A stretch of 63,647 nt of DNA, the filler included, from Chrysochromulina tobinii (Eukaryota), in assembly GCA_001275005.1 (NCBI GenBank). It is 5 parts of 5 records of this genome, joined end to end, with 100 filler letters (N's around TTAATTAATTAA, not from the genome) between each part and the next. Parts side by side here need not be neighbours in the genome. Positions count along the whole stretch, not along the records: positions 42,559 to 61,005 come from JWZX01001355.1; positions 61,106 to 63,647 come from JWZX01001398.1; 3 more parts are not named here. One strand, written 5' to 3'. Of the stretch, positions 57,801 to 63,647 are shown in pieces (the stretch's first letter is position 1; the number at the start of each line of letters is the position of its first letter). The translations under genes and the position numbers were made by a program. The notes under the pieces were generated by a model, which worked only from the letters and a program-made list of their open reading frames with translations, was not told the DNA's origin and made no database searches.

Positions 57801-60116
57801 ACCAACGACGACCTCGCCGCCGCGACCGCCGCGGCCGAGCAGCAGTCACAGACGAGCCGCGCGCAGCTCCAACGCTGCCAGCAGGCGCTCGCTCAGTGTA
57901 GCGCCGCCGATGCCGATGCGATCGGCGCGAGGGATCGCGCGCGCGCGGCGCATGTGGCCAGCCTGCAAGCGGCCCGTACAGCGCTCATGCGGGCCAGCCG
58001 CTGCGCCACGGCCTCCGAACTCACCGCCGCGTGCCGTCGCGCCGAAGCTGCCGCAGAGACGGCCACCACGGCGGTGCCCACCACGGCGGTGCTAGGGCTC
58101 GCTGGCCAAGACCTCGCGCCCAGCGCCCTCAAGGAACTGCTCACGCCGTCGGTGCTACGCGACGCCCTCGCCTCGTTTGACGCTTTCGTCGCGGACGCTC
58201 GGGCCGCGCGCCTGATCGCTTCGGCTGGCACGGCCGCCGCCATCGTGGCCGATCCCACCAACGGCCTTCGCAACTTTGACGAGCACGCGGCGTGCCCGCG
58301 CGCCCAGCTCGTGCATGTGGGCTTCCTCGTGGCGGCCAAGCTGCGCACGCGCGTCGCTGCGCTGCGCGGCGCGAGTGTCTCGTGTGGCCAGATGGCGGCG
58401 GAGCAGAGCACGGAGGAAGACGTCGGCCGCCGAGCGTCCGTGATCGTGGACGAGCATCGCACCCGCCTCCAGCAGGCAAGGGAGGCAGCCGAGGAGGCCG
58501 CGGATGAGTACGCGGAAGCCAACTTGAAATACAAACGGGCGCAGCGGAAGCACTCGTCAACTGCCGACACGGGCGCTCTCAAGTCGGCAGAGGAGGACTT
58601 GGAGCGGGCGCGAGCCGCCTTGCACGTCGCCAAGGCGGCGCTTAAGACGAGCCGCCAGCAGCTGTACCTGGATCTACGCTCCTTCCCCGAGCTGGCCACC
58701 CTCGTGCCCGAAGGCTTGCCGGCCGAGCTGCTCAGCATCGAAGCACCCATCAACACGCTGCAGCAGTACCAGGGGCCCGATGGCACACGGCCGCTCGACC
58801 CACTCAACGACAAGATCTCGGCGGACGGCGCGCGCCACCCAGTGTACCGCGGCATGCTCAACGGCAGCGCGGTGGTCCTCAAGGAGTATCCAGTCACCCA
58901 CGTCTCCATCCGCGTCTGCTACAAGGAGGTGGTCCTGATGCGCCGGCTGCACCATCCCGGCGTGCTCGAAGTGCAGCAGCTTTTCCAAGAGGGCGATAAG
59001 CTCTACCTGCAGATGCCGTACATGGAGGGTGGCACGCTGCGCTCGTGGTGCGGCGCGGCCGAGCGGCGACCGACGGCGCGCGCGCTCTGCGCGGTCTTGT
59101 ACCAGCTGACCTCCGTGGTGGCGCATGTGCATCAGCAGCGGTGCGTCCATCGCGACATCAAGCCCGAGAACGTGCTCATGGATGCCTCGGGGCGGCCGCG
59201 GCTGGCCGACTTTGAGATCAGCCTCGACCAGACGTCGGCCATCACCGAGACGCTCACCACGCGAGGCACACCCGGCACGCGCCTCTATATGGCGCCTGAG
59301 CTCCTGCGCGTACCCGGGGCGGTGGCGACGGCCGCGTCTGACATGTACGCGCTCGGTGTGTCATTCGAGCAGGTGGCGCCCGACGAGCTGAATGCGACCC
59401 ATCTGGCGCAGCTCATCGGCTCGATGAAGGCAGAGGCACCGGCAGCAAGGCCGACAGCGGTGCAGGCGCTGCAGCATCCCTACTTCGCCGCGCTCTTCGC
59501 GACTGAGCGCGGCGTCTCGTGTGCCATCTGCCTCGATCCTTTTACCGTCGACACCGGCGCGGAGTGCGATGGAGGCGCGCACTATGTGTGCCACGGCTGC
59601 CTCGCCACCTATGTGCGCACTGAGCTCGACAGCGTGCAGGAGAATGACGCGCGGCTCGAGGAGCACCGCGCGCGCGGTGGGCGCATCCGGTGCCCGCTGC
59701 ACGGCCACGGGGCATGCACCCACTCCTACGCCGACCAGGCCCTCGCCCGCGAGCTTGCACCGGAGCTCTTTGCCGAGTATCGCGCGGCGCAGGACGCAGG
59801 CGTCGAGCAGCGCCTCTGGGAAGACGCGCAGCTTGAGATTCAGCGGCGAGTGCTCGAACATCAGGAGCGGCAGGCGCGAGAGCACCAGGCCATGCACGAT
59901 CGGAGTGTGCTTGCCGAGGGCCTGCGCCGGCTCATGCCGAATGCGCGCCAGTGCGGTGGATGCGGCCGAGGGCCGGTGGACCACTACGCATGCACCGATT
60001 TGCAGGCCCACCATGGGCAGCCGATGGGCCGCGGGCGGATCAGCAATGCGTGCCAACAGTGCGGCTGGTTCCGCGCGCGCATTGCAGAGTGGCCGCCGTG
60101 GGACGGGAGGATCTGA
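54829..60116 (+). CDS. Multidomain protein: ankyrin repeats, ZZ-type zinc finger, MLLE/PABC, coiled coil, Ser/Thr-kinase-like, RING and Cys-rich C-terminus (exons 54829-54918, 55145-55249, 55714-55818, 56481-60116)
   Basis: [106 protein letters not shown]...[28 protein letters not shown]. Confidence 0.85.
55320..56295. repeat. Intronic 10-11-bp minisatellite (ggcactcaga/ggcaatcaga family), two tracts
   Basis: Degenerate tandem units at ~55320-55585 and ~55890-56295. Related arrays at 32750-32830, 37320-37430, 38835-38950 and 50350-50405. Confidence 0.9.
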
Positions 60117-60123
60117 GATTGAG

Positions 60124-60174
60124 TCTCGATCTCGATCTCGATCTCGATCTCAATCTCGATCTCGATCTCGATCT
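60124..60174. repeat. (ATCTCG)n microsatellite just after the stop codon
   Basis: tctcgatctcgatctcg... Confidence 0.9.
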
Positions 60175-60839
60175 GGGCCCTTGCGGAGTGACGCAACGTG
60201 ACGGTGGCTGCGCCGGTAATGGCGACGGCGGGCCTGGCCTTGTTGACGGAGCTGATGGACTCTGATCGCCGCGTCTGATTGCGACCATGTGTATGTATGT
60301 GTTGCTCTGCCGATGCCGCGAGGTTGAGTCGCCATGGGCCACAGGGGAGGGCGCCGTGGTGAGCACTTGCATGCGCGCGGAGGAGGGTGAGTCAGCATGG
60401 GCCACAGGGCCACAGGAGTCGACCTGGATGCGTCGTGAACGTGCGCGCCTCCGTTGTGTGTGTGCGCGACTGCATGTGTCGGCCAGGCCATGCGCAAGGG
60501 GTAAACGCGTGCTGCTGCGCGAGCTGGGGTCAGGCGGGAGCGTGAGCGTGTGCGTGAGGGTACTTTGGTCCTGCGCGATGACGAACCCTGCATGGCTTTG
60601 GGGTCGGGACTGCGTGTGGACGGCTCCCTACATTGAGAGCGCAGGCGGGGTGAGCAGATCCACTGAAGCAGCAAGGTGTGAGCTGGGCAGCGTGTGTGCA
60701 GGAACGGGGGGCGAATAGTTCGGCGCGCTGTGTGGCGTGCGGGGCGCGGCTACATGCGAAGCTGCGTGTGATGACGGGTATGCGTACGTGGGGGCTAAGG
60801 CGTTTCCCACGGGCGGGACCCGTGAGTGGTCCCGTGAGT

Positions 60840-61005
60840 AAGATGGTGAGCTTGCCCTTGGCATGCTTCTGGTCGGCGGAGAGAAGCTGCGCGAGCGCCG
60901 CCGCCCGAGCTTCCACAAGAGCAAACGCAGCCTCAGCCGCGGAGACGACGTTGGCGTCGAACAGGTCTTCGAGCAAGGCGAACGGAGTGTTCGGGTCAGA
61001 TACCT
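60840..61005 (-). pseudogene. THOC1: Partial duplicate of THOC1 (copy of 54001-54166), running into the contig end
   Basis: 166 bp identical except one substitution (ccactag vs ccacaag). Homology stops abruptly at 60840. Confidence 0.8.
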
Positions 61006-61105
61006 NNNNNNNNNNNNNNNNNNNNNNNNNNNNNNNNNNNNNNNNNNNNTTAATTAATTAANNNNNNNNNNNNNNNNNNNNNNNNNNNNNNNNNNNNNNN
61101 NNNNN
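61006..61105. other. Artificial contig-joining spacer
   Basis: N44-TTAATTAATTAA-N44. Confidence 0.98.
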
Positions 61106-62330
61106 CTCACCCCGGCGAGGGATCGAGGGGAGGACTTCGCGAAGAGGCCGGGGAAGGCGCGCCGCATGTGGATGATGGGCGCCGCGCCCATGGTCTTCGA
61201 CTTGAGCTCGCTGTCGTACGGCCCACCGAAGGGGATGAGGAAATCGAGCTTCGCCGATGCCGGCTCAGGGTGCGAGAGCATGCGCGCGTGCGCCAAGTCG
61301 CAGTCCAGCAGGGCCGCGAGGAAGGTCGCCTGCGCATGCGGCAAGAGAGCGTCGACTTCGAGCTCGCCCTGCTTGCGGATCCATTTGAGATACGAGAGCT
61401 GCCGCTGGAAGAGCCCGTGAAGCGTGTAGCCGCCCTTGGACTCCGCCGCCCAGCCCGCCGCGATCATTGTGGAGCGCACAAAGGGAATGAGCTCTTCGAT
61501 GACGGTCTCGACGATGTAGAGCTGGCCAGCGGGGCAGTCCTCGAAAGGCTCCGATGCGTCGAGGTTGAGGAGCGCGAGCGCACCGAAAGGGCGTGGGAAC
61601 CACGACATCGACGAGAGCTGGCCTCGAAAGAGCTTGTCGCACTGGTCCTGGTGGAAGAGCCAGTTTGCGCGAAGCTCAGAGATCTCACCCGTTGCCGGGT
61701 CGGCGGCTTGCGCCCGCCCCAGGTAAGCAGGCATCGCACTCAGGCAGAGCGTCAGCGCGGCAAAGACCGGGTGCTTCGTCGTGAGGCAGCTCGGGTTGGC
61801 GAAGAAGCGCTGAAAGATCGACAGGCCCGAGAGCAAGGCAGCCTCGAGCGCGCCCAGGCGCCCCTCCGTAGTATCGAGATCGAAGCCCTCGATCTCGTCC
61901 GCGACCTGTAGAAAGTCGTCGCTCTCGAGGATGGCCCGACGCAGCGCCGCGTCGGTCACCCCCTTCAGGGAGACGGAATTGCGGCTGAGGCCCGGCGTGG
62001 CGCCGTCGCCCGTCGACTCGCCTGCATCGGCGGCGTCCTTCCACTCGGCAGCCTCGAGCTTGAGGAGGCGCACCACCTCAGTGACCGCCAGCCCCTTGTT
62101 CAGAGCCTGCACCAGAAAGGCAGCGTGCTTGAGGAGTAAGGCATCCACGAGCTCGATGCAATCGAAGAGGGAGGCACCGGCGCGGTACCCCAACCCAAGC
62201 GGCGCTAAAGAGCGCAGCACCGTCACCTGAACGGCAACTGAGAGCGCAGCCCCTGGCGCGGGCACGAGCAGCCCATAGACCGAGGGGTAGTCACGGCCGA
62301 TGAGGTAGAGGCGTGAGGCAGTGACGCGGT
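61106..62330 (-). CDS. Intronless hypothetical ORF fragment, possibly a retroelement gag-like/ORF1 protein; both ends incomplete
   Basis: ~410 open codons with coding-like composition. No convincing start. Truncated by the gap. Confidence 0.5.
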
Positions 62331-62596
62331 CTTGCATTGCCACCATCTACGACACCGCCAAAATCGGCCAGCACTACACTTTGGACCCCAACCACTGCTA
62401 CCCGGTCCTGCTGTCGACGAAGAAGGGGGGGGCCGCGCTCGCGCTCTGCCAGCACTGGAACGAGCCGGGGCACACCTCCCTCACCTCTGATGCGCATGTG
62501 ATCCCCAAGCAGTTTGACTACTCGCACGTGTGCAACCACTTTGCGACGAAGGCGCCTGGCGCTAGCGAGGCCGGCAAGAAACGCAAGCTCAAATGA
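62321..62596 (+). CDS. C-terminal fragment of a Cys/His-containing protein ending in an NLS-like KKRKLK
   Basis: HCYPVLLSTKKGGAALALCQHWNEPGHTSLTSDAH. No ATG. Abuts the opposite-strand ORF. Confidence 0.45.
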   Translation: MTRSCIATIYDTAKIGQHYTLDPNHCYPVLLSTKKGGAALALCQHWNEPGHTSLTSDAHVIPKQFDYSHVCNHFATKAPGASEAGKKRKLK

Positions 62597-63647
62597 GGCG
62601 TCGCCGCCTCGGTCTGTGACGGACTTGGTTACGATTGGCGTGCTTCTGTGGTCGCCTTTCTCCTCATCATTTATCGCTGGGCTGCTTCGGTGGTTGCCCT
62701 CCTCATCATCATCCTCCTTCGTCGGAAGCGTGCGATGCTGGGGGCCAGGGAGCCCGCGCTGTTCCGAGACGAGGTGTCTGAGTCGACGACCCGATCTTCC
62801 ACGCAGATGCGCATGACTGTGCCACCTATGATCGCTACGGCCGTCACTGGAATTACAGTCTGCCTCTGTTTGGTGTTGACGGTCGACGATGAAGGCCCTC
62901 GGCCTCGTTGCAGCGGCGCGGTCTCCCTCCTCCTCATCATCTATCGCTGGATTACCAGTCCTAGAGCTTCGCTGTCGCGAGCTCGCTTTCTCCTCGAAGG
63001 CTTCCCTCTCGGAGTCGGCCGCCCCTGGGGCGACCCTCTCATGTCGCCGGCTCACCGAGCCGGAGACGGTCACGGCGCGGGCCCGCCCGCGCCAACGACT
63101 GCACCCTGCGCCAACGACTGCGTTCAACCCAGGCTACGCAGCGCTGCCACCGCAGGGTGCTCGACATCTACCTCGCTGTATACCTCGATTCCCTCTCGGT
63201 TGGCCGGCTCACCGCCGGCCTCCTCGCCCAATCAGCCCGATCACGTGCGATCCATCACGCGCATCCGCGGAGCGGGTGAACCGGGACAGGAAGGTGCGCT
63301 ACTTCGGCGCGAGAGTGCTCCTTGCTGGCAGCTTCCACTGCCGCCCGAACCCTCGACCCCTGGTCCAGCGGTGGAGGTCTCTCTGAGCGGGTCGACCTCG
63401 CCTTCTCCTCATACTCTCGGGTTCCATGGCTACATGGGCTTGGGAGAGGCGGGAGGCGGTTCGACACCTCAACCTCTTTTCGAACATGTCGAAGTTTCCG
63501 GCCGTGCCCCTGGCGCGCGCCCCGAACGAACCCCACTGACTGGTCAAGCCCTGCTAACTGAGCAGGCGCTGCCCGACCAATCGATTCTGGGCGGCCTTGT
63601 GGCTGCACAGGTTGTCACCCTGGCCGACCTCTCGGCCAGCGGTGTCG

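Noticed and set aside
62600..63647. Possible pol-like ORF after the last gag-like fragment
   Set aside because: Frames are interrupted, with short repeats (cctcatcat.tatcgctgg), and no RT or recombinase motif is visible.
1..63647. Hundreds of short overlapping ORFs; tRNA/rRNA genes
   Set aside because: Short ORFs are expected by chance at this GC content. No tRNA or rRNA signature was recognised by eye.

Overview
High-GC eukaryotic genomic DNA with spliceosomal introns. The minisatellite-filled introns and gene style suggest a haptophyte-like alga (inference). Five contigs are joined by artificial 100-nt spacers (N44-TTAATTAATTAA-N44 at 13765-13864, 27742-27841, 42459-42558, 61006-61105). 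Contig 1 is one giant single-ORF non-LTR retrotransposon: APE endonuclease, RT, RNase H and CCHC knuckle, plus an HPD J-domain and a DUF4326-like domain. A 714-bp internal inversion (11186-11899) splits it. Flipping the segment back at a 3-bp microhomology restores both junctions in frame and gives one ORF of at least 4398 aa. Contig 3 carries a second, L1/Tx1-like LINE with ATGA-coupled ORF1/ORF2, a 2A-like peptide directly before the endonuclease and an ~80-aa insert inside it. Host genes: ankyrin TRP-like channel, TPR-glycosyltransferase, CLN3/battenin head-to-head with a SulP-STAS-cNMP transporter, FkbM methyltransferase, actin-related protein with Sfi1-like repeats, EF-hand protein, DNRLRE-like secreted protein, 14-3-3, GT32-DUF3431 fusion, anoctamin, THOC1 (plus a partial duplicate) and an ANK-ZZ-MLLE-kinase-RING mosaic. 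Many introns look as if they arose by tandem duplication of an exon junction followed by microsatellite filling. All domain calls come from motif recognition by eye, with no database searches.
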